The position numbers and the translations under genes were made by a program. 64,000 nucleotides of DNA from Oceanispirochaeta sp. Lineage in GTDB: Bacteria > Spirochaetota > Spirochaetia > DSM-2461. Below, piece by piece: positions 1 through 9,748 of this stretch. Position 1 is the stretch's first letter. The number at the start of each line of letters is the position of its first letter. Location: NCBI GenBank assembly GCA_963663385.2, contig CAXXXD010000002.1, positions 832,001 to 896,000 of the forward strand, written 5' to 3'. The notes below the pieces were generated by a model. It searched no databases and had not been told where the DNA came from. It saw only the letters and a program-made list of their open reading frames with translations.

Positions 1-1549
1 CGTCAAAGGCATCCGAGTTGTATACCACCTGGGGTGTATAGTTCGGAACGCAGCTCCGGGCAACAAATTTTCTTGTAAGGGCGGCGCCTCCCAGAAAGAT
101 GGGGGCTTTGAGTCCCGCTTCTTCGTACTGGGGTATACTCTCCTTCATGACCATGGCGGATTTTACCAGCAGACCGCTCAGCCCGATGATATCCACATCG
201 TATTCAAGCGCCTTTTCAATAATGGTCTCCGCAGGTACCTTGATCCCTATGTTAAAAACTTTATACCCGTTGTTGCTGAGAATGATATCCACCAGGTTTT
301 TCCCTATATCGTGAACATCGCCCTGAACGGTAGCCAGGAGAATTTTTATCCGGTTGTCATCGGCGGATCTTTCCATCAGGGGTTCCAGGTAGCGGACTGA
401 TGCTTTCATTGTCTCTGCGGACTGTAACACGAAGGGCAGCAGGATTTCTCCTTTTCCGAACAGTTCCCCCACATGGCGCATGGCCGGGATCAGGATGTCA
501 TTGATGATATTGATAGGCGTATACCGTTCCAGTATCATATCCAGAAGATCTTCCAGATCGTCCTTGTTGCCCGTTAACACTTTGTAGAAAAGCTGAGTTT
601 CCAGGGGCTGCCACTTCTGGCTCTCCTGTCCGCTGTCTTTTATCTTTGCGTTGGAGAAGTGATTGATAAAAAGGAGGAGGGGAGACTTCTCTTTATCTTT
701 AACCCTGTCGTAAAGCAGGTCAAGGCAGACTTCCCGGTCCTCTTCGCTTATGGATGCCAGGGGGAGGATCTTGGCCGCATCGATGATGCAGGAGTCCAGT
801 CCGGCTTCCAGCGCTTCATGCAGAAATACCGCATTCAGAATCCGTCTGGACGCCATGGAGAGGCCGAAGGAGATATTGCTCAGGCCGAGGGTCGTCAAAC
901 AGCCGGGCAGTTCCTTTTTTATCCGGCTGATGGCATTCATGGTCTGAACCGCCGCATCCCTCAGATTCTCATCCCCTGCGCCGACCGTAAATGTCAGGGC
1001 ATCGAAAAGGATGTCCCGGGGACGGAGGCCTATTTCATCAACGGCAATGGAATAAATCCTTCTGGCCACTTCCACTTTCTTTTCTGTTGTCATGGCCATA
1101 CCGTCTTCATCTATGGTCAGGGCTACTACCGCGGCTCCATATTTTTTGACCAGTTTGAGTATGCGGTAGATGTTTTTTCCCCCGTCTTCCAGGTTCACAG
1201 AGTTGATGATACAGCGGCCGGGGTAGAGCTGCAGTCCCCGTTCGATTACCTCCGGAGTGGTTGAGTCAATCATCAGGGGTGTTTTGAGGGAACCCGCAAA
1301 AAGCGGGATCAGAGTGGACATATCCGCCATCTCATCCCGTCCCGCATAGGCGCTGCACAGATCCAGAACATGGGCCCCCGCAGCCTCCTGGGCTCTGGCC
1401 ATGGCCAGGCAGCTGTTAAAGTCATCCGCCAGGAGGTACTCCCGGAATTTTTTTGATCCTGTTGAGTTGCATCTCTCCCCGATAATAAGGGGTTTGATCG
1501 GCTGAATCAGATCGACCGATTCATAAAGGCTTGCTACTGACGGGTTCAT
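1..1549 (-). CDS. metH: Methionine synthase pterin-binding + cobalamin-binding subunit (split MetH); runs off window start
   Basis: Not in the ORF track; read manually. ATG at 1549 overlaps the TGA of the upstream gene (ATGA). Contains IGERCNSTGSKKF (pterin domain), LATVQGDVHDIGKNLV (DxHxxG B12 motif) and LGGAALT. Confidence 0.9.
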   Translation of the reverse strand, partial: MNPSVASLYESVDLIQPIKPLIIGERCNSTGSKKFREYLLADDFNSCLAMARAQEAAGAHVLDLCSAYAGRDEMADMSTLIPLFAGSLKTPLMIDSTTPEVIERGLQLYPGRCIINSVNLEDGGKNIYRILKLVKKYGAAVVALTIDEDGMAMTTEKKVEVARRIYSIAVDEIGLRPRDILFDALTFTVGAGDENLRDAAVQTMNAISRIKKELPGCLTTLGLSNISFGLSMASRRILNAVFLHEALEAGLDSCIIDAAKILPLASISEEDREVCLDLLYDRVKDKEKSPLLLFINHFSNAKIKDSGQESQKWQPLETQLFYKVLTGNKDDLEDLLDMILERYTPINIINDILIPAMRHVGELFGKGEILLPFVLQSAETMKASVRYLEPLMERSADDNRIKILLATVQGDVHDIGKNLVDIILSNNGYKVFNIGIKVPAETIIEKALEYDVDIIGLSGLLVKSAMVMKESIPQYEEAGLKAPIFLGGAALTRKFVARSCVPNYTPQVVYNSDAFD

Positions 1550-2469
1550 CTGTTTACCTCTCGGGCTGCCGGAACAATACCTTCCAGCTCTTTTTTCAGG
1601 GCGGCTATATGAGCCGGGGTAGAGCCGCAGCATCCCCCTGCAATGGAAACGCCCCATTTTTCCACAAACAGCTTCATTTCAGAAGCATAGCGGGCCGGGC
1701 TCATGGGGTAGCAGGTCCTGCCGTCCACAATTTCCGGCATCCCCTGGTTGGGAAGGCAGGAAACCCGTCCGTTCCAGTTGTGGCTGAGCCAGTGGATACT
1801 GGACTGCATATCCTCCGGACCGGTGGCACAGTTCAGGCCGAATGAAAAAAGAGGGAAAGGCTCCATTATAGCTGCTGCTGCGGCTATATCGGTTCCGGCC
1901 AGCATGGTTCCGGTTTTTTCTATGGTGATGGAAACCATGACCGGTACCTGCTTTTCCAGTTCTTCCATAACCTCGAAAGCACTGATCAATGCGGATTTCA
2001 GCTGCAGTATATCCTGAACCGTTTCCAGAATGATCAGATCAACCCCTGCTTTTATCAGAGCCTGTATCTGTTCCCTGTACGCTTTATTCAGATCAGATGG
2101 ATCGATATGCCCCAGGGAGGGCAGTTTTGTACCGGGGCCGCAGGATCCTGCCACCCAGCCGGAACCGAATTGCCTGACCGCTTCCCTGGCAGCCTCTACA
2201 CCGGCTTTATTGATTTCTGCAACCCTGTCTTCCAGGCCGTACTCTCCCAGAACTATCCGGTTAGCTCCAAAGGTGTTGGTCTCTATGATATCCGCTCCGG
2301 ATTCCAGGAATTCCATGTGCATGGCTGTTATCTTCTCGGGGCAGGAGAGGTTAAGGTACTCGTTGCATCCTTCATGTTTACCCCAGAGATCCGGAGTGAT
2401 ATTCATATTCTGAATACTGGTCCCGCAGGCTCCGTCCAGAAGCAGCAGAGGTTTTTCTGTTAATTCCAT
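1546..2469 (-). CDS. Homocysteine S-methyltransferase domain protein (N-terminal module of split MetH)
   Basis: LLDGACGT, ETNTFG, GLNCATGP and GGCCG Zn-binding motifs. Confidence 0.9.
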   Translation of the reverse strand: MELTEKPLLLLDGACGTSIQNMNITPDLWGKHEGCNEYLNLSCPEKITAMHMEFLESGADIIETNTFGANRIVLGEYGLEDRVAEINKAGVEAAREAVRQFGSGWVAGSCGPGTKLPSLGHIDPSDLNKAYREQIQALIKAGVDLIILETVQDILQLKSALISAFEVMEELEKQVPVMVSITIEKTGTMLAGTDIAAAAAIMEPFPLFSFGLNCATGPEDMQSSIHWLSHNWNGRVSCLPNQGMPEIVDGRTCYPMSPARYASEMKLFVEKWGVSIAGGCCGSTPAHIAALKKELEGIVPAAREVNR

Positions 2470-2473
2470 GGGT

Positions 2474-3577
2474 TTACCTCATTTGGTTCATTTTTATTTC
2501 ATCCGCCAGGGAGCGGAGTTTCGGAATGGCATAGGCGTAGAACTTTTTCAGCCCCGGACAGAGATAACTCAAACCGTCATCTTTCAGACCGGGCCGGTTT
2601 TTCTGGCAGTCGCCCTGACAGAACGACAGCCACGGGCACTCTCCGCAGCCGGGATCATACTGAAGTTTTTTTGCCCCGAATTTCTTATATACAGGAGAAG
2701 TAAGAAACTGGTTCCAGCTTCCTTTGTTGACATTGCCCAGTTTCAGTTCGTCCCGGACGAAAAAGTCGCAGGGGTATACACTGCCATCGTATTCAACAAC
2801 AAAATACTGACAGCAGTTGATATCCATATCACAGGTGGTGGGATGACCCGTAACCATTTTTGACAGGAGGGAATCAAACATCCTGATGGAAACTCTATAC
2901 CGGTCCGGCAGCCACTGATCAAAGATCCCGATCAGGAAATCCCCCCACTGTTCGGGCCCTGCATTGTAGGAGAGAGGGGTAACCCCGTCTGTATCGAATT
3001 CCACACAGGGGATAAACTGAAGGAAGTCCTCTCCCTTTTCCCTGAAGTAACTGTACGTTTTCAGGGGATCCCGGGCTACCAGTTCATTAACAAGAACCAG
3101 TATGTTGTATTCCACCTTATGTTTCTTCAGCAGATCCAGCCCTTTCTGCACCAGATGGTGAGAGGGGCCTTTCCCTGCGGTTTTGCGGTAGTGATCATGG
3201 ACTTCGGGGGGGCCGTCCATGCTTACCCCGAGGAGGAATTTATACTCTCCCAGAAAGGCTGCCAGCTCGTCTGTAATAAGGGTTCCGTTCGTCTGAATCG
3301 CATTGGCTACCTGAGCGCCGGGAGGAGCATACTTCTTTTCCAGACTGATCACCTTTTCAAAATAGGGAAGACCCATCAGGGTGGGTTCTCCTCCCTGGAA
3401 GGCGAGGGAATACTGAGGCTGAATGGTCTGCATGTAGCTGCGAACCATATTCTCCAAAGTGGAATCACTCATCCTTGTGCTCTTTCCCTGACACATATGG
3501 TCCAGATAAAAGCAGTACTCACAACGCAGGTTACAGTCGGCTGAGGCAGGTTTAATAAGAAGGGAAAATGGTTTCAT
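2474..3577 (-). CDS. Radical SAM/SPASM protein, anaerobic sulfatase maturase (AslB/anSME) family
   Basis: IKPASADCNLRCEYCFY, FQGGEP, QTNG, YPCDFFV and a C-terminal Cys-rich SPASM region. Confidence 0.88.
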   Translation of the reverse strand: MKPFSLLIKPASADCNLRCEYCFYLDHMCQGKSTRMSDSTLENMVRSYMQTIQPQYSLAFQGGEPTLMGLPYFEKVISLEKKYAPPGAQVANAIQTNGTLITDELAAFLGEYKFLLGVSMDGPPEVHDHYRKTAGKGPSHHLVQKGLDLLKKHKVEYNILVLVNELVARDPLKTYSYFREKGEDFLQFIPCVEFDTDGVTPLSYNAGPEQWGDFLIGIFDQWLPDRYRVSIRMFDSLLSKMVTGHPTTCDMDINCCQYFVVEYDGSVYPCDFFVRDELKLGNVNKGSWNQFLTSPVYKKFGAKKLQYDPGCGECPWLSFCQGDCQKNRPGLKDDGLSYLCPGLKKFYAYAIPKLRSLADEIKMNQMR

Positions 3578-3646
3578 GGCTCCTCCGTTGCCGGGAATTG
3601 TACTGGGTTATTTTATCTACGGCAATAGTATGCCATAGGGGTGGTC

Positions 3647-3675
3647 TTGATTTATCCGGATATTCAGGGTATTTT
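3647..3675 (+). promoter_or_regulatory. Putative sigma70 promoter of the ECF-coaX operon
   Basis: TTGATT-17 bp-TATTTT. Confidence 0.45.
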
Positions 3676-3728
3676 AATCAAACCAGTACGCCTGGATCTG
3701 ACAGGACCGGGACGTTGAGGTGATACCA

Positions 3729-5516
3729 ATGCTGAAGAAAATAAAAACCCATTCTCAGGCTGTATTAATGCCCGTGGACTCTTCTATGAAGGGTAAACCT
3801 TTTATAGAGTTCCGGAATGTGGAATATTCCTACCCCGGCAGGAGCGATAAAGCCCTGAGGGATATCTCCTTTTCCCTGGATGAGGGGCAGCGTGTGCTCA
3901 TCCTGGGCAGTAACGGATCGGGGAAAAGCACTGTTACCAGATTAATGACAGGTCTCCTCTCTCCCGATAAGGGAAGCATTCATACAGCTTTTCTGGACGC
4001 ATCCAGAAGGGAGAATCTGCAAACCATACGGCGGAAGGCAGGTCTGCTTTTTCAAAACCCCACATCCCAGATTGTGGCGACGGTTGTCAGGGAGGATACG
4101 GCATTCGGGCCGGAAAACCTCGCTCTGTCGAGCCGGGAAATTCGGGAACGGGTGGAAAAGGCCCTGAAGCAGACCTCGCTGCACTCCCTCAGGAGACGGG
4201 CGACCCATAACCTTTCCGCCGGTCAGCAGCAGCGCCTTGCCCTGGCAGGTGTTCTTGCTCTGGGATCGGGCTGTCTTATCCTTGATGAAGCGGCTTCCAT
4301 GCTGAATCCCCTGGGTCGACGGGAGATGGATGATCTTCTTGATCATCTGCATGGTAAGGGGTTTACCCTTATCCGGGTTTCCCATTTTATGGATCAGGTG
4401 ATCTCGGCGGACAAGATCCTTGTGCTCAACAGGGGGGAGATGGTTTTTTCCGGAACCAGGGAAGAGTTTCTTTCCCGGTCCTCCTCTCTCCGTGACTGGT
4501 CTCTTGTCCTCCCGGCGGTTCCGGCTCTTTCAGAAAATATCAGGCAGGATATGCCGGATTTCCCCCTTTTTCTGAAGGAGAAGGATTTTGCCTCCCATAT
4601 AAAGGATACCGGACTCGAATTTACTCCGGAGCCTTCCTGTCAGGTTTCACCTGTAAAACGGGAGAATCTCCTGCTCTCCCTTAAGGCTGTGAATTTTGAG
4701 TATAACCGGAAATCTTCCCATCCTGTTCAGGGGCTTTCCGATGTGGATCTGGACTATTTCCGGGGAGAAACTCTTGTCCTGATGGGAAACACCGGATCGG
4801 GGAAGTCTACTCTTCTGCAGGTTCTGAATTCCCTTCTGATCCCCTCATCGGGTCATGTCTCACTTCTGGGAGAGAATCCTCTGGATCGTAACTGTGATCT
4901 GCCCCTCCTCAGAAGGCGGATCGGTCTTGTCATGCAGCAGCCGGAAAAACAGCTGTTTGCCCCTCTGGCCGGAGACGATGTCGCTTTTGGTCCCCGTCTG
5001 GCCGGACTGGAGGGACGGGAGCTGGCTTTGAGAGTCCGGGAAGCCATGGAACTGGCAGGACTGCCTTACCGGGAGTTCCGGGACAGGCCGGTCAGAGCTC
5101 TCAGCGGCGGGCAGAAACGCAAGGTTGCCCTGGCGGGGATTCTGGCCATGAAACCGGAAATCCTTCTTCTGGATGAACCTACAGCCGGTCTGGATCCTCT
5201 GGCTTCAGAAGAGCTGGAACAGCTCCTTGTTTCATTTAGGAGCAGGGGAATCGGACTTATAATCTCGACCCATGATGTGGAGCTGGCCCTGCGCTTCGAA
5301 CCCCGCCTGATTGTAATGGCCGGGGGGCGGAAAGCTTTTGACGGACCTCCGGAGACTTTTTTCCGGGATCATATACCCGGTGATTTCGGTCTGGAATACC
5401 CTCTGGCTCTCAGGATCTGGCGGGAGATCAGGCCCGGGGAACGGGATCAGTTCCCCTTGAGGCCGGAACAGCTGCAAAGGCATATCCTGTCAGCTTCGGG
5501 GGTACGTCCACTATGA
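3729..5516 (+). CDS. ECF transporter fused double ATPase (EcfA-EcfA')
   Basis: Two ABC cassettes (GSNGSGKS/LSAGQ/LDE and GNTGSGKS/LSGGQ/LDEP). Start placed at ATG 3729 after SD GAGGTGA. Confidence 0.88.
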   Translation: MLKKIKTHSQAVLMPVDSSMKGKPFIEFRNVEYSYPGRSDKALRDISFSLDEGQRVLILGSNGSGKSTVTRLMTGLLSPDKGSIHTAFLDASRRENLQTIRRKAGLLFQNPTSQIVATVVREDTAFGPENLALSSREIRERVEKALKQTSLHSLRRRATHNLSAGQQQRLALAGVLALGSGCLILDEAASMLNPLGRREMDDLLDHLHGKGFTLIRVSHFMDQVISADKILVLNRGEMVFSGTREEFLSRSSSLRDWSLVLPAVPALSENIRQDMPDFPLFLKEKDFASHIKDTGLEFTPEPSCQVSPVKRENLLLSLKAVNFEYNRKSSHPVQGLSDVDLDYFRGETLVLMGNTGSGKSTLLQVLNSLLIPSSGHVSLLGENPLDRNCDLPLLRRRIGLVMQQPEKQLFAPLAGDDVAFGPRLAGLEGRELALRVREAMELAGLPYREFRDRPVRALSGGQKRKVALAGILAMKPEILLLDEPTAGLDPLASEELEQLLVSFRSRGIGLIISTHDVELALRFEPRLIVMAGGRKAFDGPPETFFRDHIPGDFGLEYPLALRIWREIRPGERDQFPLRPEQLQRHILSASGVRPL

Positions 5517-6373
5517 TGAATTTTGATTTTTCCGCTGCCATGGGCATGGGCCAGTATGAACCGGGGGCTTCCCGGATCCACCGTCTTGTGCCGGGGGTGA
5601 AGCTGATTTCTCTTATCCTGCTGATGGGAGGGGTTCTCTTTTCTCCGCTTTTTCCGCAGTTGTTCCTGTATTATCTCTTTTTCTGTTTAGTATCCCGGAG
5701 CGCCGGGCTGAAAATCAGGCAGCTGTTGAAGGGAGTCAAACCGGTACTTCCCTTTCTGCTTTTGATCGGGATTATTCAGATATTCTTTATCAACCGGCAG
5801 GTGGAGGGAGAGCCTCTGGCTGTTGTCTGGCATTTCAGTATTTTCAGGGAGGACCTTCTTTTTACAGCCCGCCTGTTCGGCCGTTTTTTCAATCTGGTGC
5901 TCCTTTTCTCCCTCTTTACAGCCGTTACACCTTTGACCGAGATCAGTCACGGTACGGAGGCCCTTCTCCGTCCCTTTGACAGGAGAGGCCGGTGGTCTCA
6001 TGATCTGTCCCTTATCCTGACCATCACCTTCCGCTTTGTCCCGATCCTGATACAGGAGGCAGAGCACATTACCAAAGCCCAGGCATCCCGGGGGGCCCGG
6101 TTCGGAACATGGAAAACAGGCTATATAAAAAAAATACGTCTCTATTTTCCCCTGATCATACCCCTGTTTATCGCGGCTCTTGAAAGAGCCGAGATCCTTG
6201 TGGACGCTATGGAGTCCCGCTGCTATGAAGCGGGAACGGCCAGAACGCGACTGGATGAGTTCTACTGGAGGAAACAGGACTTTATTGCCCTGATCCTTGT
6301 TTTTCTGGTTTTTCTGAGCCTGCTTTTCGGCGGGCCATTATATAGAATCCCGGCCTGTTATTTTCGAATATAA
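5513..6373 (+). CDS. ecfT: ECF transporter transmembrane T component
   Basis: RFVP, AQASRG and AMESRCY motifs; hydrophobic. Confidence 0.9.
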   Translation: MMNFDFSAAMGMGQYEPGASRIHRLVPGVKLISLILLMGGVLFSPLFPQLFLYYLFFCLVSRSAGLKIRQLLKGVKPVLPFLLLIGIIQIFFINRQVEGEPLAVVWHFSIFREDLLFTARLFGRFFNLVLLFSLFTAVTPLTEISHGTEALLRPFDRRGRWSHDLSLILTITFRFVPILIQEAEHITKAQASRGARFGTWKTGYIKKIRLYFPLIIPLFIAALERAEILVDAMESRCYEAGTARTRLDEFYWRKQDFIALILVFLVFLSLLFGGPLYRIPACYFRI

Positions 6374-6399
6374 CGGGTCAAATCGAATAGGAGTCGAAA

Positions 6400-6975
6400 A
6401 TGTCTGATAAGAGTCGTACAAGAAAAATCGTAATTGCCGGAGTCATGGCAGCTATATCCATTGTTCTGGGTGTTACCCGCCTGGGATTTATCCCCTGGCT
6501 TTCGGGGGCCTCGTTAACCGTTATGCATGTTCCCGTCATTATCGGAGCCATTCTGGAAGGCCCCGTCGTAGGGATGATCATTGGTCTCATTTTCGGGATT
6601 TTCAGTCTGGTACAGGCTGCTGTTTCTCCCACGGGACCTGTTGATGTGTTTTTTACCAATCCCCTGGTGTCCGTTCTGCCCCGGATCCTGATCGGTTTGA
6701 CTACATGGCTTGTGTACCGGGCCTTTCGGGACAGGTGGCTGCCCGTCGCGGTTATCTCCTCCTCCATTGCGGGAAGTTTAACCAATACCCTGCTGGTTCT
6801 GGGCGCTCTGGGATTCGCCGGAGCTCTCCCCTGGCCCCTGATCGGTACGATAACCCTGGCCAACGGTTTGCCCGAAGCCGGAGCTGCCGCTCTTATTTCC
6901 ATTGCGGTAATTGTAAGCTGGAAGTCTGTGGGACTGAAAAAGCAGGCTGATCTTGAAAAACTGGAAGACGAATAA
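6400..6975 (+). CDS. ECF S component, probably pantothenate-specific (PanT-like)
   Basis: About 6 TM helices; LGFIP...TVMHVPVIIGAILEGP...SVLPR motif; adjacent to coaX. Confidence 0.8.
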   Translation: MSDKSRTRKIVIAGVMAAISIVLGVTRLGFIPWLSGASLTVMHVPVIIGAILEGPVVGMIIGLIFGIFSLVQAAVSPTGPVDVFFTNPLVSVLPRILIGLTTWLVYRAFRDRWLPVAVISSSIAGSLTNTLLVLGALGFAGALPWPLIGTITLANGLPEAGAAALISIAVIVSWKSVGLKKQADLEKLEDE

Positions 6976-7757
6976 TGCTGTTGGCTGTTGATATCGGGAA
7001 TACGAATATAGTACTGGGAATCCACGATGGTGAATCCTGGCTTAACCACTGGAGGATCTGTACGGATCCCATCAAGATGCCTGATGAATACGGAGTCCTG
7101 GTTCGGGACCTTATGCGGCAGGAGGGGATTCATCACAGTGATATAAATCAGGCTGTAATCAGCAGTGTCGTACCGGGGCTCACTCCCAAAATCCGGGATA
7201 TGATTCAAAAGCTTTTCTCCTTTCAGGCTCTTATTGTCGGGCCTGGAGTAAAAACCGGACTGAAGATCCTGATTGAGAATCCCGCCGAGCTGGGAACGGA
7301 TATCGTCTGTAACTCAGTAGCTGCCTATAACCGGATCGGCGGGAACTGTATAGTCGTGGATTTCGGTACGGCCCTGACCTTTACAGCCATCCGGGAACCA
7401 GGAGAGATTCTGGGGGTATCCATCGCTCCGGGGCTGCAGGCCGCCGCGGAGGCTCTCTCCGAGCATACGGCACAGCTGCCGCAGGTGTGGCTGGAACCGC
7501 CCAAATCGACAATCGGAAAGAATACCATCAAATCCGTTCAGTCCGGAGTCGTCTTCGGTTATACCGGGCTGGTGGAATCCCTGATTGACAGGATGAAGGT
7601 AGAGCTGGGCGGCTCTGTTTCCGTAATCGGCACGGGGGGCCGTTCCGGGGTAATCGCTCCTCTGACGGACCGCTTTACCCTGATCGAACCCTGGCTGATC
7701 CTGGAGGGCCTGAGGCTTATTGCCGAGAGGAACAGGAAGTTTTTTACGGATCAGTAG
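6975..7757 (+). CDS. coaX: Type III pantothenate kinase
   Basis: LAVDIGNTN, LGTD, VVDFGTA and TGG motifs. Confidence 0.93.
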   Translation: MLLAVDIGNTNIVLGIHDGESWLNHWRICTDPIKMPDEYGVLVRDLMRQEGIHHSDINQAVISSVVPGLTPKIRDMIQKLFSFQALIVGPGVKTGLKILIENPAELGTDIVCNSVAAYNRIGGNCIVVDFGTALTFTAIREPGEILGVSIAPGLQAAAEALSEHTAQLPQVWLEPPKSTIGKNTIKSVQSGVVFGYTGLVESLIDRMKVELGGSVSVIGTGGRSGVIAPLTDRFTLIEPWLILEGLRLIAERNRKFFTDQ

Positions 7758-9565
7758 AGGGTGCTCTCTGCACAGCCCCGTCTGATTCGTTCAACGGCGA
7801 AAGAGTCCTTCGACTTTTTCGCCTTTTTTTTAAGCGCCATCATTGCTCCGGTAAAATCTTCCAGAGTACAGGGTTCTGTCTCTTCAATCTCCATTACAGC
7901 GGCGCTGACCGTCAGGAGAGGGAAATCCCGGGGCACATCCTGACGGTCTCTTGCCCTGATAAACCCTTTTTTCCTGTCCTCTTCGCTGTAATAGGACTTC
8001 ACATCCTCTTTGAAGAAAACCTGTATCTGTCTGACCGTATCCTCTATAGGGGTTTCCCGCGGTCCATCATTAAAAACAACCAGAAAATCATCTCCTCCGA
8101 TATGCCCGATAAAATCCCTGTTCAGGTTCAGCTCTCTTTTAAGTATTTCCGCAAACAGGATTATCACCCTGTCTCCCAGGCGAAAACCGTAAACATCATT
8201 GAAAGGCTTAAAGCTGTTGAAGTCGAAATATACGACCGTCCCGTTCTGTTTCTTTTCCTTTAAAAGCTGTTTCAGATGACTGTTAATGGCATAATTCCCC
8301 GGCAGGCGGGTGAGGGGATTCTGGTCTCTTGCCTTGGCCACCTCCTGCTCATTCACCAGATCAAGCAGACCCGCCGGTTCCAGGATGCCAAGATAGGCTC
8401 CGTTCCGGGTTATGGCCACTCCGTTCGATATGCTCATACTGGCAGTAATCTTCAGTATGGAATCCAGATTTGTCGTTACCTCTGTCGAAGGGATCCTGGT
8501 CAGAAAGGATTCCAGACCCTTAGTATGGTTATGATTCCGGAAGAGGGCGATCCCGAAGGGAGAATAGACGTAATTCCTGAGGTCCTTCTCCTGAATACAG
8601 CCGACAGGGCTGTTGTTCCTGTCTACAACGGGAAGCAGCCTGAGATCTTCTCTCTGAAACCGTTTCAGGATTAATTCGCTGTCAGCGTCCAGTGTAATTG
8701 GCCGCGTTTTAGTCAGTCTGCTTTCCAGGATACAGCTCTGTTCATCCCTTTTCCGGCGGCGGAAGTCCTTACCTGACCTGTCAAGGATGTACTGCTGTTT
8801 CAGTTTGCAGATGTCCTGTTCGGGACGGGCTATATGGTATCCCTGAAGCATATCGCAGCCTATCATCCGGCAGAAATTCATCTCTTCCTCGTTTTCAATC
8901 CCCTCGGCGACGACTTTGATGCCCATGATATGAGCCATGTTGACAGTATTTTCCGCCAGAAGTTTTTTTTTGGAGTCATTGTGAATCCCTTCAATGAAAA
9001 ACCGGTCAATTTTCAGAACATCCGGGTTGGAGTGATACAGGAGCTGCAGACCGGAATACCCTGATCCGTAATCATCAATGGCAATCCTGAAATTCTGCCT
9101 TTTATACTCTTCCAGAATCCGGTTGGCTCCGGTGTAAGAGTTGAACTCATGGCGTTCGGATATTTCAAAAAAAAGGTTGGACTTTTGAATCCCCATTTTC
9201 TGGAGCAGTTCATTTGTGTTTCCCGGCAGGTAATCCGGCATTTCCAGAACACGGTTGTCCAGATTGTAAAACAGGGTTCTGTTCTGCATCCCCCGTATGG
9301 ATTTGAACTTTTCAATGGCTTTACGCCTCAGTTCCAGGTCCAGAGCGTAAATAACCTGATCTGAAAAGGCATCGTCAAACAGGGCGAATATGCTGTCATA
9401 ACCGCACAGATCCCAATTCCGCAGGAGAGCCTCATAGCCGAATACTTCACCTGTCGTACTGTTTACAATGGGTTGAAAAGCATAGTCCAGTACCTCGGAT
9501 TTCCTGTTCCATTTCTCTGTCATGGTCTGTATTTCCATTTTGAATATATCGTTTAGCACAAGCAT
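7751..9565 (-). CDS. EAL-CBS-GGDEF c-di-GMP signalling protein
   Basis: EALLR, DDYGSGYS, VAEGIE; CBS-like LPVVD; NPLTRLPGN, FKPFNDVYG, GGDDF. Start uncertain. Confidence 0.88.
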   Translation of the reverse strand: MLVLNDIFKMEIQTMTEKWNRKSEVLDYAFQPIVNSTTGEVFGYEALLRNWDLCGYDSIFALFDDAFSDQVIYALDLELRRKAIEKFKSIRGMQNRTLFYNLDNRVLEMPDYLPGNTNELLQKMGIQKSNLFFEISERHEFNSYTGANRILEEYKRQNFRIAIDDYGSGYSGLQLLYHSNPDVLKIDRFFIEGIHNDSKKKLLAENTVNMAHIMGIKVVAEGIENEEEMNFCRMIGCDMLQGYHIARPEQDICKLKQQYILDRSGKDFRRRKRDEQSCILESRLTKTRPITLDADSELILKRFQREDLRLLPVVDRNNSPVGCIQEKDLRNYVYSPFGIALFRNHNHTKGLESFLTRIPSTEVTTNLDSILKITASMSISNGVAITRNGAYLGILEPAGLLDLVNEQEVAKARDQNPLTRLPGNYAINSHLKQLLKEKKQNGTVVYFDFNSFKPFNDVYGFRLGDRVIILFAEILKRELNLNRDFIGHIGGDDFLVVFNDGPRETPIEDTVRQIQVFFKEDVKSYYSEEDRKKGFIRARDRQDVPRDFPLLTVSAAVMEIEETEPCTLEDFTGAMMALKKKAKKSKDSFAVERIRRGCAESTLY

Positions 9566-9748
9566 GATTCACTGCTCCGTCTTTTTAAATAAATACAGGA
9601 TTTATAATGGGACGGATTTGTTAAAAAATAATGAACTATCATGAGAAAACCATTAATCTTCCGATGTATTTGATTTTTTTCCCTTTGGCTGTATAGTAAA
9701 CATTAGTTGTCGGCAAGTTCGGATTTGCCTGATTCAAAGGAGTTTTTC

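Noticed and set aside
659..1264. Plus-strand 201-aa ORF
   Set aside because: Antisense to the metH pterin/B12 gene, which the ORF track missed because it runs off the window
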